This document shows positions 17,196 through 26,728 of a DNA stretch of 32,000 nucleotides, in pieces. Source of the stretch: Candidatus Heimdallarchaeota archaeon B3_Heim (GTDB taxonomy: Archaea; Asgardarchaeota; Heimdallarchaeia; Hodarchaeales; Hodarchaeaceae); the NCBI GenBank assembly GCA_003144275.1, contig NJBF01000002.1, positions 30,001-62,000 of the forward strand, read 5' to 3'. A program made the position numbers and the translations under genes. Numbering within the stretch: position 1 is the stretch's first letter; each line of letters begins with the position of its first letter. The notes under the pieces are model-generated. The model saw only the letters and a program-made list of their open reading frames with translations. It had not been told where the DNA came from and did not search any database.

Positions 17196-17504
17196 CTAAA
17201 TCAACCACTCTGTTCGAAGGGGCTCAAATTCTTTGTTAGAGACCTCGTACTTATCGTAGCTGTTTTCCTTTATAGCTATCTTAACGGCGAGGCTGTGCTT
17301 ACACTCAAAATAAGGATCTTTATAATAACCCTTTTGAAATGCATAACATCTACACCAGACGGGCGTAGCTAAATTTAAATAATCACGTGAAGTTCCAACA
17401 ACCACCCACCGCTCACTATTACCATCAATTACATATTTTTTCACAGAATTTCGTTCAACAAGTTTTTTAGCTGCTTCTAATCGCTTAGTAAACGAAATGG
17501 ACAA
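17196..17504 (-). CDS. SWIM zinc-finger protein
   Basis: CRC..(x~12)..CKH pattern (WCRCYAF...ECKHSLAV). Confidence 0.8.
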   Translation of the reverse strand: MSISFTKRLEAAKKLVERNSVKKYVIDGNSERWVVVGTSRDYLNLATPVWCRCYAFQKGYYKDPYFECKHSLAVKIAIKENSYDKYEVSNKEFEPLRTEWLI

Positions 17505-18089
17505 CTACTTCTTCACCTGTTTAAGAATGAACTCTAAGGCTGATAAAAAATTTGTCTTGTTTTCCAAATCACTTTTTAGTTCCTTATCACGAGCATTAAA
17601 ATCATCTTCTGAGAGTTCTTCAACATCTCTCCGAACAGCTAGCTCTTCAATTTGAAATTTCAACACTTGGATTAACGGTTGGGTTTGTTGTCTCGCAATT
17701 TCCATTTTTTTCAGAAATACACTCAAATCCTGTGTTAATTTATTAAGTTCTGTTAGGTATTCATCTTTTAAAGCTTGATAAACCTCTACCTGAATCGTCT
17801 TCCGCTTTTGATTAAGTTTTTCCAATCTTTCCTTGAGAATGGTCTGATTTTCAAAGTTCTCTATTAAAAGATTCGTCTCATCACTTGATCCACTCTTTTG
17901 TCGTTTTAGAGAAGATATTTCTTGTTTTAATTTTTTAATTTCTGCTTGTTTGTCGATTCCTTCAATTTCTTCTTTTACAAGTAAAAGCTCATGTTCCTCT
18001 TGCAACTTAGATACTCTACTTTCTGATTTAAATTGCTCTACTAGTTTGATAATAGCATCAGGGGTGAGATCTTCAATATTAGGTACCAA
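17505..18089 (-). CDS. Coiled-coil protein, CdvA-like C-terminal region
   Basis: Heptad-rich; VYQALKDEY...IEELAVRRDVEELSEDDF..RDKEL resembles the CdvA-like coiled-coil signature (EEL..R..(G)E.....Y). No PRC-barrel visible. Confidence 0.55.
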   Translation of the reverse strand: MVPNIEDLTPDAIIKLVEQFKSESRVSKLQEEHELLLVKEEIEGIDKQAEIKKLKQEISSLKRQKSGSSDETNLLIENFENQTILKERLEKLNQKRKTIQVEVYQALKDEYLTELNKLTQDLSVFLKKMEIARQQTQPLIQVLKFQIEELAVRRDVEELSEDDFNARDKELKSDLENKTNFLSALEFILKQVKK

Positions 18090-18441
18090 AATTTTCTGCT
18101 CCTACTTAAACATCAAGATTTATCTTCAATTAAAAGATCGCTAAATAAAATATAATACTTTCCTTAGAGGATCTAATAAAATCTCTCAAACAAGTCTAAT
18201 CAGTTTTAAAATTGTTAAATGTCTGGAAAGTTTGATAAATAAATGTAAAGATGGATTGGTAAATAATGATAAATTGATCCGTCTTTGAATGAAGATTTGG
18301 ATTGGTTTTCAGTTTTTAAGAGGAGGGCGGAACAATGTAATGTTAGTATTTGAACTACGTCAAGTCGAAGAAAAAAAATCTTAAGACACATAAATTGTGA
18401 ACGGTTAGACTAAGGATTGATAAACAATCCCACAAGAAGGT

Positions 18442-20232
18442 TTGATTATGTCACCAAATGCTCAAATTGGAAAAATTACCAGGATTTCTGGCCCTGTCGT
18501 GGAAATTAGAGGGCTGAATAATGCCAAATTGTATGAGATTGTAAAAGTTGGCGATGAACAGTTAATCGGTGAAATTATTCGAATCAATCGAACTGAGTCA
18601 GATCATATCTCTACCGTTCAAGTTTATGAAGAAACCACAGGATTAAAACCCCGAGAACAAGCTTTCTCCACAGGGAATCCGTTAAGTGCAGAATTAGGTC
18701 CGGGATTACTAACGAAGATTTATGATGGTATTCAAAGACCGTTACCTGCATTAGAAGTTATAGCTGGTAATTTTATTACACGAGGTATTTCAACCACACC
18801 TTTAGATGAACAAAAAAAGTGGGAATTCATTCCTATTCTAGAAAATGGTGCTAAAGTTTCTGGAGGATCCCATATTGGTGAAGTAAAGGAATCTAACGTT
18901 GTTACCCATAAAATAATGGTGCCCCCTGATATTAAATTAGGTACCCTTTCAAATCTTGCTGATCGAGGTAATTATACAATTTTAGATGAAATCGGGCAGG
19001 TCAAAATCAATAGGAGTACCATTCCTCTCACTATGAAGCAATTGTGGCCAGTTAGAAGGGCAAGGCCTGTAATTCGAAAACTGGAAGCCACAATCCCTTT
19101 AATTACTGGACAACGCATATATGACACGTTCTTCCCTATTGCCAAAGGTGGAGTGGCTGCAATTCCTGGAGGCTTTGGTACAGGAAAAACGGTTTCCCAA
19201 CATCAGCTAGCTAAATGGTCTGATGCAACAATAGTTGTGTATGTTGGTTGTGGTGAACGTGGAAATGAGATGGCTGAGGTATTAAAAGAATTTCCATCAT
19301 TAGAAGATCCAAGAACTGGTGAAGAACTCATGAAGCGTACTGTTCTCATCGCAAATACTTCTAATATGCCTGTCGCTGCACGGGAGGCATCGGTATATTT
19401 GGGAATTACAATTGCGGAATACTATCGGGATATGGGTTTTGATGTTGCATTAATGGCTGATTCCACAAGTCGATGGGCAGAGGCACTAAGAGAAATTTCG
19501 GGTCGATTGGAAGAAATGCCTGGTGAAGAGGGATATCCTGCTTATCTAGCATCACGAATTGCAGAGTTTTATGAGCGTGCAGGAAGAGCAGAAACATTAT
19601 CTGGTCATACTGCAAGTATCTCCGCTATTGGAGCTGTATCACCTGGAGGTGGAGATTTTTCAGAACCCGTTACTCAGAATACACTAAAAACTGTACGTGT
19701 TTTCTGGGCTTTGAGTTATGCTTTAGCTAGATCAAGGCACTTCCCAGCAATTTCTTGGTTGGAGAGCTATAGCTTATACATTGATTCTCTGTCAAATTGG
19801 TATCAAAACAATGTAGCAAAGGATTTCATACGGCTACGTGAAGAAGCAATGACTTTATTACAAAAAGAAAAAGAACTTCAAGAGATTGTTCAACTAATTG
19901 GGCCTGATGCTCTCCCAGATTCAGAAAAAATCGTTCTATTATCCGCGAAAATGATTCGAGAAGATTTTCTCCAGCAAAATGCTTATTCAGATGATTCTTT
20001 CTGTCCTCTGGATAAGCAATATGATATATTAAAACTGATTATTCAATTTTATTACAAAATACGTGATAACTACGATGTTGGCGTTCCTTTTGAGAAAATG
20101 ACTTCATTACCAGTATTAAATGACATAGCCAAATTAAAATGGGCATTTGATGACGAATTCAAAAAAACTCACGAAACATGCAACAACTATATTCAAAATA
20201 AAATGGAACCTGATATCCTGGGGTTCGATTAG
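18442..20232 (+). CDS. atpA: A/V-type ATP synthase catalytic subunit A
   Basis: P-loop GGFGTGKT, YVGCGERGNEM, ANTSNMPVAAREAS, ADSTSRWAEALRE, EEGYPAYL, RHFPAI; no intein. Confidence 0.97.
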   Translation: MIMSPNAQIGKITRISGPVVEIRGLNNAKLYEIVKVGDEQLIGEIIRINRTESDHISTVQVYEETTGLKPREQAFSTGNPLSAELGPGLLTKIYDGIQRPLPALEVIAGNFITRGISTTPLDEQKKWEFIPILENGAKVSGGSHIGEVKESNVVTHKIMVPPDIKLGTLSNLADRGNYTILDEIGQVKINRSTIPLTMKQLWPVRRARPVIRKLEATIPLITGQRIYDTFFPIAKGGVAAIPGGFGTGKTVSQHQLAKWSDATIVVYVGCGERGNEMAEVLKEFPSLEDPRTGEELMKRTVLIANTSNMPVAAREASVYLGITIAEYYRDMGFDVALMADSTSRWAEALREISGRLEEMPGEEGYPAYLASRIAEFYERAGRAETLSGHTASISAIGAVSPGGGDFSEPVTQNTLKTVRVFWALSYALARSRHFPAISWLESYSLYIDSLSNWYQNNVAKDFIRLREEAMTLLQKEKELQEIVQLIGPDALPDSEKIVLLSAKMIREDFLQQNAYSDDSFCPLDKQYDILKLIIQFYYKIRDNYDVGVPFEKMTSLPVLNDIAKLKWAFDDEFKKTHETCNNYIQNKMEPDILGFD

Positions 20233-20235
20233 GAC

Positions 20236-20868
20236 ATGTTTCCTCTTGCGAAAGGACATGTACAAATCACATTGGCATTAACGACATTACTTCCCATAGT
20301 TTTCTTTTATTCTCTTCTATACAATTGGTTAATCTTCTTAATTCCATTTAATGTACTGTTATTAGCAGGCCATCTCTATTTTTTCCGCGATCCCGCGAGA
20401 AATACCTTAAAAAATACTAATAATCTATTAGCTCCTGCTGATGGTAAAGTATATGAGATCTTACCGGAAGAGGGGATTATTAGGATACGAATGTCCTTAT
20501 TCGATGTTCATGTTAACCGCTGGCCCGTATCAGGTAGAGTAACTGAAATTACCACTAAATCTGGTAAACACTGGCCTTTCCTTCCATTCATTCGTCGAGG
20601 AACGGATGAAAACTCAAAGAAAATAATTAGTTTGACAAATGAATTTGGAACGTATCAAATCGTACAAATTGTGGGTATGATTGCACGACGATGTGTTATG
20701 TACGCAAAGGAGAATGAGAATGTTGAACAGGGTGAACGAATGGGAATGATTCGATATGGGAGTGAGGTAGATATTCACTTTCCGAGAGATGTGTACGACA
20801 TTGTCGTTCAACCGAAGGATAGAACTCAAGCGGGAAAAACTGTCCTCGCAAAAACTAGGAAAGGTTAG
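20236..20868 (+). CDS. psd: Phosphatidylserine (archaetidylserine) decarboxylase proenzyme
   Basis: FFRDP.R, APADGKV, MSLFDVHVNRWP and RYGSEVD self-cleavage motif. Confidence 0.93.
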   Translation: MFPLAKGHVQITLALTTLLPIVFFYSLLYNWLIFLIPFNVLLLAGHLYFFRDPARNTLKNTNNLLAPADGKVYEILPEEGIIRIRMSLFDVHVNRWPVSGRVTEITTKSGKHWPFLPFIRRGTDENSKKIISLTNEFGTYQIVQIVGMIARRCVMYAKENENVEQGERMGMIRYGSEVDIHFPRDVYDIVVQPKDRTQAGKTVLAKTRKG

Positions 20869-20876
20869 AATCTATT

Positions 20877-21608
20877 ATGACTCCTCTCAACAAGTATACC
20901 ATAGCTGCTCACATTTTCACACTTTCTAATGCCCTTGCAGGAATTATAGGGATAATTATTGCCGTTAATTATCCTGAAACGTTACCATTTGTCCCTTTAC
21001 AATTAATAATTCTTGGAGCAATATTTGATTTTCTTGATGGATTCATGGCAAAGCGAGCACCGACAACATCGACCTTTGGAGTGTATGCAGATTCAGTAAG
21101 TGATGTTCTCACCTTTGCCATCTTACCAGGAATTATGATTCTTCAAACCAACGTTATTGGTACGAATGAACAAGGAATTTTTGGGTTAACCCCTTTATTT
21201 ATCGCTGGTTTTTACACGATTAGTGGTTGGATCAGATTAATTCGTTTTGCAACGAACCCAACCTCCATCTATTATGAAGGCCTCCCTTCCCCTGCAGCAG
21301 CTTTGTTAATTGGGACTAGTGCGACGTTAGCTACATTACAAGAGGCAGCATGGCTTTTTGCTGAAGATGGATTAATACTGTCTCTTTTAACGATAATGAC
21401 TGGTTTTCTTATGATAGAGATTGTCCATTATCCTTCACCGAAAAGAGGACAACTTTCAGACACAATCTTAATCATGTTCGCAGGCCTTGTCGTCATTAGT
21501 TATGTATTTTTTCCAAATATCCTCACTTTGAGTATGATCTTATTTATTTCTCTGCTCTATACGATATTTGGATCCATTTACCTTTATAGCACAAAAAAAT
21601 CGAAATAA
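20877..21608 (+). CDS. pssA: CDP-alcohol phosphatidyltransferase, phosphatidylserine (archaetidylserine) synthase
   Basis: DFLDGFMAKR...FGVYADSVSD signature; RLIRF; YEGLPSPAA; adjacent to psd. Confidence 0.9.
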   Translation: MTPLNKYTIAAHIFTLSNALAGIIGIIIAVNYPETLPFVPLQLIILGAIFDFLDGFMAKRAPTTSTFGVYADSVSDVLTFAILPGIMILQTNVIGTNEQGIFGLTPLFIAGFYTISGWIRLIRFATNPTSIYYEGLPSPAAALLIGTSATLATLQEAAWLFAEDGLILSLLTIMTGFLMIEIVHYPSPKRGQLSDTILIMFAGLVVISYVFFPNILTLSMILFISLLYTIFGSIYLYSTKKSK

Positions 21609-21619
21609 ATTCACCTTTA

Positions 21620-22978
21620 TTGAAGGTTTCACAGATGGGAATTCAAACAGAAAAAGGAAAAAATTTTGAAATTAAAGACGCTTCCTTAGCTGAAGCGGGA
21701 AGAAAAACCATGGATTGGGCGGAAAGTCGAATGCCAGTCCTGAAACTGATAAAAGAGCGTTTTAGAAAAGAAAAACCCCTGAAAGGAGTAAGAATCGGAG
21801 CTTGTCTTCATGTTACAAAAGAAACATCTCAGCTTTGTGATGTTTGGCTTGCAGGAGGGGCTGAAGTATACCTGTGTGCCTCCAATCCTCTTTCCACTCA
21901 GGATGAAATACCAGCCGCCTTGGTGGAGAAAGGGGTACATGTTTATGCATGGAAATTTATGGATACCGAAGGTTATTACCGATCGATAGGCAATGTCATT
22001 GCTGCTCGGCCCCATATTACAATTGATGATGGAGCTGACTTGGTAAGCATTATACATAAGCTCAAGCGTGGAGAAACTGATTCAGAAATTGAAATTATTA
22101 AACAAGTAACTGGAGATTCTGAAGATTTCATTGAGGGAGTTTGGGGTGGCGCTGAAGAAACGACGACAGGAATCATACGTCTCGAATCGATGGCTAAGGA
22201 GGGCGCTCTTTTATACCCAATAATGGCGACGAATTCCTCTCCCTGTAAAAACCTGTACGACAATGTATATGGTACAGGGCAATCCACAATTGATGGCATT
22301 CTACGTGCTACTGCGGATTTAATCGCATCTAAAGTATTTGTAGTGGCGGGATATGGCCATTGTGGAAAAGGCGTGGCTATGCGAGCAAAGGGAATGGGAG
22401 CACGAAGAGTTATAATAACTGAGATTGAACCCCATGCAGCATTACAGGCAGTTATGGAAGGAATGGAAGTTATGCCCATGTTAGAAGCAAGTAAAATTGC
22501 TGATATAATTGTCACCACAACAGGAAATAGAGATGTTCTGAGGAAAGAGCATTTTAAAGTAATGAAAAATGAATGTCTAATCGCAAATTCGGGTCATTTC
22601 AATGTCGAAATCAATATTCCAGATCTAGAAGATCTTTCTGTAAAAAAGATTCAGATTCGCCCATTTGTAGAACAATTCGTTTTACCTGATAATAGACGTA
22701 TTAATTTACTGGGTGAAGGACGTTTAATTAATCTAGCGGCGGCAGAAGGCCATCCAAGCGAGATCATGGACATTTCCTTCTCTCTACAAGCTTTAGCATC
22801 TGAATATATTACTAAGAACAAGGATAAAATGTCAATAAGTCGTGGAAAGGTTATTGAAATTCCAAAGGACATTGATGACAATGTAGCGTTCTTAAAATGT
22901 CACGCCCTGAGGGTTGAACTTGATGTGCTAACTCCAGAGCAGAAAAAATATCTTGCAAGTTGGAAAACTGGAACCTAA
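21620..22978 (+). CDS. ahcY: S-adenosylhomocysteine hydrolase
   Basis: ACLHVTKET, ASNPLSTQD, EETTTG, KNLYDNVYGTGQS, GYGHCGKG, NLAAAEGHPS. Confidence 0.97.
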   Translation: MKVSQMGIQTEKGKNFEIKDASLAEAGRKTMDWAESRMPVLKLIKERFRKEKPLKGVRIGACLHVTKETSQLCDVWLAGGAEVYLCASNPLSTQDEIPAALVEKGVHVYAWKFMDTEGYYRSIGNVIAARPHITIDDGADLVSIIHKLKRGETDSEIEIIKQVTGDSEDFIEGVWGGAEETTTGIIRLESMAKEGALLYPIMATNSSPCKNLYDNVYGTGQSTIDGILRATADLIASKVFVVAGYGHCGKGVAMRAKGMGARRVIITEIEPHAALQAVMEGMEVMPMLEASKIADIIVTTTGNRDVLRKEHFKVMKNECLIANSGHFNVEINIPDLEDLSVKKIQIRPFVEQFVLPDNRRINLLGEGRLINLAAAEGHPSEIMDISFSLQALASEYITKNKDKMSISRGKVIEIPKDIDDNVAFLKCHALRVELDVLTPEQKKYLASWKTGT

Positions 22979-23037
22979 TGTCACATAAGATATTTTCACT
23001 TACTATACACGAATAAAGGTTTTTAATAGACCTAGAA

Positions 23038-24669
23038 TTATACAGGATAATATTTATTAATTGTTTCTAATAACAATGACCTAAGATTTTCATATTCGTG
23101 TAAATTGCTTATCAATTCTGATCTATATGATTCAGATTTCATTACATCTCTCTTTCGAATTTTCCTACTAAATTTCCATGGAAATGTCTTTTTAGCTAAC
23201 CTTAATGTTTCAGGTGTTGCCTTTTCAAGATATTGATAGAAACGTTGAATGTCCTCACGACGCCCAATTATTATGACTGGTTGATTCGTTTTTCGTTTTC
23301 TTTTCTGAAATCTCCAATGAGAATCAATTCCAAGAGTTTTATTCATTTCATCCACGAGAAAAATAACATCATCAACTTTAAAATTGTGTGTACTAAACAA
23401 AATTTCTGAATTGGCGCTTCCATCTCCAATATACCAATGTAAGAGTGTATTTGGTGTCATTTGTACCTCTCTTGGAACCACTTTTATTGATTCAGGATAC
23501 CACAGGTCATAAACCTCACGAAATTGCGTCGTGAATCCACTCCATAGTGAAATGTTATGATATTTTCTTGCCGTTATTTTTGCATTATCGATATGGGATG
23601 AAAGGGGTACGGAATTAATTTTGAAAAGGTGTTTTAGATGTAAAATCCATGGAATAGCTAAGACAGAAGCACAAAGGTGAATTCGACTCATTGAATAACA
23701 ACTTATAGCCTCAAGAGAATCATTAAATCTATCTACTACCTCGGCTAAATCCTTAGGAATTGAAGTCTGTAGCTCCCTTAGATTTGAAATAGCTTTCTTA
23801 TATTCTTCATTTGAGATATTCCTTGATTTTATACCTCTGAAATCAAGACTCAAATCCCCTAAAAGTTCACCATTGATCACATCCATTAAATAGTTATTGA
23901 GTGGGACGTTAAACACTCCATTGACATGTTTTTTAACATTGCTAAGGGCACAAGTTCGAGTGACATTTGCTTCCTGAAGTATTCTTCTGATTGTTGTGCT
24001 GGGAAATCCCCTCCGAGCTACTATACTTTCAATAGAATTTAACCGAAGATAATCAAGGATGATCTCTGATTTTGGATACTTTTTAATTTCCTTTCCGGCA
24101 TTTGCATGTCTTCTCATAACTTCATACTGTCTCAACCAATTCTTGAGTGTTGTCCTAGAGATACCTAGTAGTTTAGTAATATCTTTGAAAGGTAGCTGTT
24201 GATCAATATAACATTCCCTAAGGCGCTCGTGTTTCTGCTCGTGTGGAATTATCTTAATAATCTGTTGTGGTTGGGTTTTTAGCCGTAGAGCTATTTCAGA
24301 AATAGGAACCTTATTCTTAAACAGTCTGATTACTTGATCTGAGTATTTTCGATGAATTCCACCCTCCTTAGCATATTTTTTAACAGTCGTAGGATCGATC
24401 CCAATTTGTTCTCCAATTTTTTCATAACTAAAACCTTGTTTTAGAAGAAAATTGATCTTTCCAAGAAGGATTTGTTTTGGAAAACTTCTAACTAGATGTA
24501 TTTTACTAATATTTAGTCTTCCAGCAATTTCATGAAAATTCAAGCCTTGATTGAAGAGGTCAATTGCATATTCTTTGATTTTATTTTTGGAGATTTCGTC
24601 ATTTTTTGTCGAGTTAAAGCTTGTATTTTTCTTACCTTGCATTTTCAAGTGTGATGGGTTGTAAATCAT
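23038..24669 (-). CDS. Free-standing LAGLIDADG endonuclease-like protein with five tandem N-terminal HTH modules
   Basis: Motif 1 VINGELLGDLSL and motif 2 TLLHWYIGDGS (LAGLIDADG_2 style), STHNF..DDV..L; five HTH-like repeats in aa ~30-235. Confidence 0.82.
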   Translation of the reverse strand: MIYNPSHLKMQGKKNTSFNSTKNDEISKNKIKEYAIDLFNQGLNFHEIAGRLNISKIHLVRSFPKQILLGKINFLLKQGFSYEKIGEQIGIDPTTVKKYAKEGGIHRKYSDQVIRLFKNKVPISEIALRLKTQPQQIIKIIPHEQKHERLRECYIDQQLPFKDITKLLGISRTTLKNWLRQYEVMRRHANAGKEIKKYPKSEIILDYLRLNSIESIVARRGFPSTTIRRILQEANVTRTCALSNVKKHVNGVFNVPLNNYLMDVINGELLGDLSLDFRGIKSRNISNEEYKKAISNLRELQTSIPKDLAEVVDRFNDSLEAISCYSMSRIHLCASVLAIPWILHLKHLFKINSVPLSSHIDNAKITARKYHNISLWSGFTTQFREVYDLWYPESIKVVPREVQMTPNTLLHWYIGDGSANSEILFSTHNFKVDDVIFLVDEMNKTLGIDSHWRFQKRKRKTNQPVIIIGRREDIQRFYQYLEKATPETLRLAKKTFPWKFSRKIRKRDVMKSESYRSELISNLHEYENLRSLLLETINKYYPV

Positions 24670-24741
24670 ATATAACTTTGTAACAGAGAGAGATCTTTGA
24701 AAATGAGACTGGTTAATAACCCATCCTTTGAGATGAGGAAC

Positions 24742-25566
24742 TTAATATTTTGAGAGTGATTCAAGGATGAACATATTAACCGCTGATCGTTCTTGATAAC
24801 GTTTAACAGCCTCGACTAGTACATTCTGAAAGAATTTGACACTTTTATGATCAACATCGAATACTAGATCTCTATACACAATTTTTTCCAGCACTAGTAC
24901 CTCTGGAGGTGCAGAAGGAGGTTTATTTCTTGTTGAATGATCATTCAGCAGGATTATTGTATCAGAAACAGTTAATTCGGTTGTTGCTACCTCTATAAGA
25001 TGACCAATAATTCTACGCACTTGCTGCCATAAAAACGATGGCGAGGATATTCGTAGCTGAAGAATGTTTTCATCTAGCTGCAGGATCGAAGTCTCGGTAA
25101 TGGTCTTCATTGTATTTTTAGGGTTTGTTGAGTCAAATTTCGCAAAATTTCGAAAATCATGCGTTCCCTTGAGTGCATTGAAAGAGTGTTTCATTTGTTC
25201 TAAGTCATAAGCATCATTAATCACTAGAAAATATGAATAAGTCCGTAATAATGCATCTTTTCGTGGATTAAATTCGTCAAATACGTTCGTTTTTCCAATT
25301 ATCTGTATTCCGGCTGGTAAATATGAATTAATTTCTGGAATAATGGGAGAATTTATTGAGTCAAATGCTATCACTTGGTTCAATGCTCCTACCCCTCTAT
25401 CTGTTCTACTCGCAAATGTAACCCTATTCTCTGATTGAATGAGTCTTGCTTTATGTAGAGCCTTACAGACAACTGTAAATATGTTTGTAGTATCATGAAG
25501 TTGGTGATTAAATCCACTATAGCTATTATCTGGGATATACGCTAATCTTAGAGCATAACGAGGCAT
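24742..25566 (-). CDS. truA: tRNA pseudouridine 38-40 synthase
   Basis: LRLAY..YSGF, catalytic ASRTDRGVGA, GTHDFRNF, FLWQQVRRI. Confidence 0.94.
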   Translation of the reverse strand: MPRYALRLAYIPDNSYSGFNHQLHDTTNIFTVVCKALHKARLIQSENRVTFASRTDRGVGALNQVIAFDSINSPIIPEINSYLPAGIQIIGKTNVFDEFNPRKDALLRTYSYFLVINDAYDLEQMKHSFNALKGTHDFRNFAKFDSTNPKNTMKTITETSILQLDENILQLRISSPSFLWQQVRRIIGHLIEVATTELTVSDTIILLNDHSTRNKPPSAPPEVLVLEKIVYRDLVFDVDHKSVKFFQNVLVEAVKRYQERSAVNMFILESLSKY

Positions 25567-25568
25567 CC

Positions 25569-26693
25569 TTAATCCTCTGCTGGAATGTTTTGCTGTTTCA
25601 TGATAGCTGTAATTTGTTTTTGATTTGTTTTAAAGAAATCCACCAGAAGAGCGTGCAAATTTGCTGGATCATTCATTGATACGAGATTAAAGGGATGAGA
25701 AGAAAAATTCTCCTTCCAAAAGGCTTCTAGTGCATCTTTTTCTATTTGATCAAATAAATCGGCTTTACTAAATAGGAGAAGCAGGGGCACATCAGAAAAT
25801 TCACTGATAATCTGACTATAGAGATTAAGTTGAGCATTAATTGCTTCTTGCTGAGTGAAATCAAAGATAAAGACAATAGCTGCGGCTAAAGTCTTTAATG
25901 CTGCTAACGCACGCAATTCTATTTCATTCCGTTTATCTAATGCGCGATCCAGGATTCCAGGAGTATCTACAATTTGACAAGGGATATGTGTAAGAGGTTC
26001 TGTATGTGAGGAAGAGGCATATACAGGGATTTCCAAGTGACCTACCGTTGCTTCTTTTGTTGTGAAAGGGTATGCTCCAATTTCAGGAGTTGCTGAGGTT
26101 ACTCCGTTCACTAAAGAACTTTTTCCTACATTAGGATAACCAGCAATGCAAAGAGTCGGTTGTTCAAGATCAATTCCTGGCATTAAGCGCATTTCTTTCC
26201 GAACTACCTCTAAATACTCAAGTCGAGTCTTTAACTTCTTAATTACTGATTCAAAACGTCCAAATGCGGCTCTACGCAAATCTTTTGTCGCTAATATCGA
26301 GCTAGCGTGCCACACAGTTCCTATATACTCCCGTTTAATCTGCCAGATGAGATTTGCAGAACCTGATAATGATCCAAGTGTCTGCCGAATTTTATCGATG
26401 CTAAAGCTAATGTCAAGGATTTCAACATAGAAATCAGGAATGTATCCGTCTTGTAGAGTTGGAAATTCTTCCACAATTCGAAATAATCGCTCTCTTAATT
26501 GCCTTGAAAGAAGTTCTATCCTAACAGCTTCTTTCTTTCTGGCTTTACGAATTAGTGGTACAGATTTAGAGGATCCAGACGTTCCACGTATTGAAGTCTT
26601 CATAACCGTATTATGAGACAGGGTAAATAACTCATCTGCAAAAGGAATGGGTTTTATTGCCCTGAAAGGATTTGTAGAAGGCACGAGAACCAC
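25569..26693 (-). CDS. NOG1-family GTP-binding protein
   Basis: N-terminal helical domain; AGYPNVGKSS, YPFTTK, DTPGILDR..RNEIE, SKAD (G4). Confidence 0.92.
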   Translation of the reverse strand: MVLVPSTNPFRAIKPIPFADELFTLSHNTVMKTSIRGTSGSSKSVPLIRKARKKEAVRIELLSRQLRERLFRIVEEFPTLQDGYIPDFYVEILDISFSIDKIRQTLGSLSGSANLIWQIKREYIGTVWHASSILATKDLRRAAFGRFESVIKKLKTRLEYLEVVRKEMRLMPGIDLEQPTLCIAGYPNVGKSSLVNGVTSATPEIGAYPFTTKEATVGHLEIPVYASSSHTEPLTHIPCQIVDTPGILDRALDKRNEIELRALAALKTLAAAIVFIFDFTQQEAINAQLNLYSQIISEFSDVPLLLLFSKADLFDQIEKDALEAFWKENFSSHPFNLVSMNDPANLHALLVDFFKTNQKQITAIMKQQNIPAED

Positions 26694-26728
26694 TTTATTC
26701 TTGATAAGAGTAATTATAGAATTCTGCT

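Noticed and set aside
18442-20232. Intein in atpA
   Set aside because: Normal length, and both known insertion regions (GKT|V and YVG|CGERG) are uninterrupted.
14255-22994. Repeated ACATAAGATATT near 14255 and 22983, both just after stop codons
   Set aside because: Two copies of an AT-rich 12-mer in 32 kb are compatible with chance.
22979-24741. Group I or BHB intron, intein or IS context for the LAGLIDADG gene
   Set aside because: Flanking genes are intact; I see no intein N/C motifs, terminal inverted repeats or target-site duplication.
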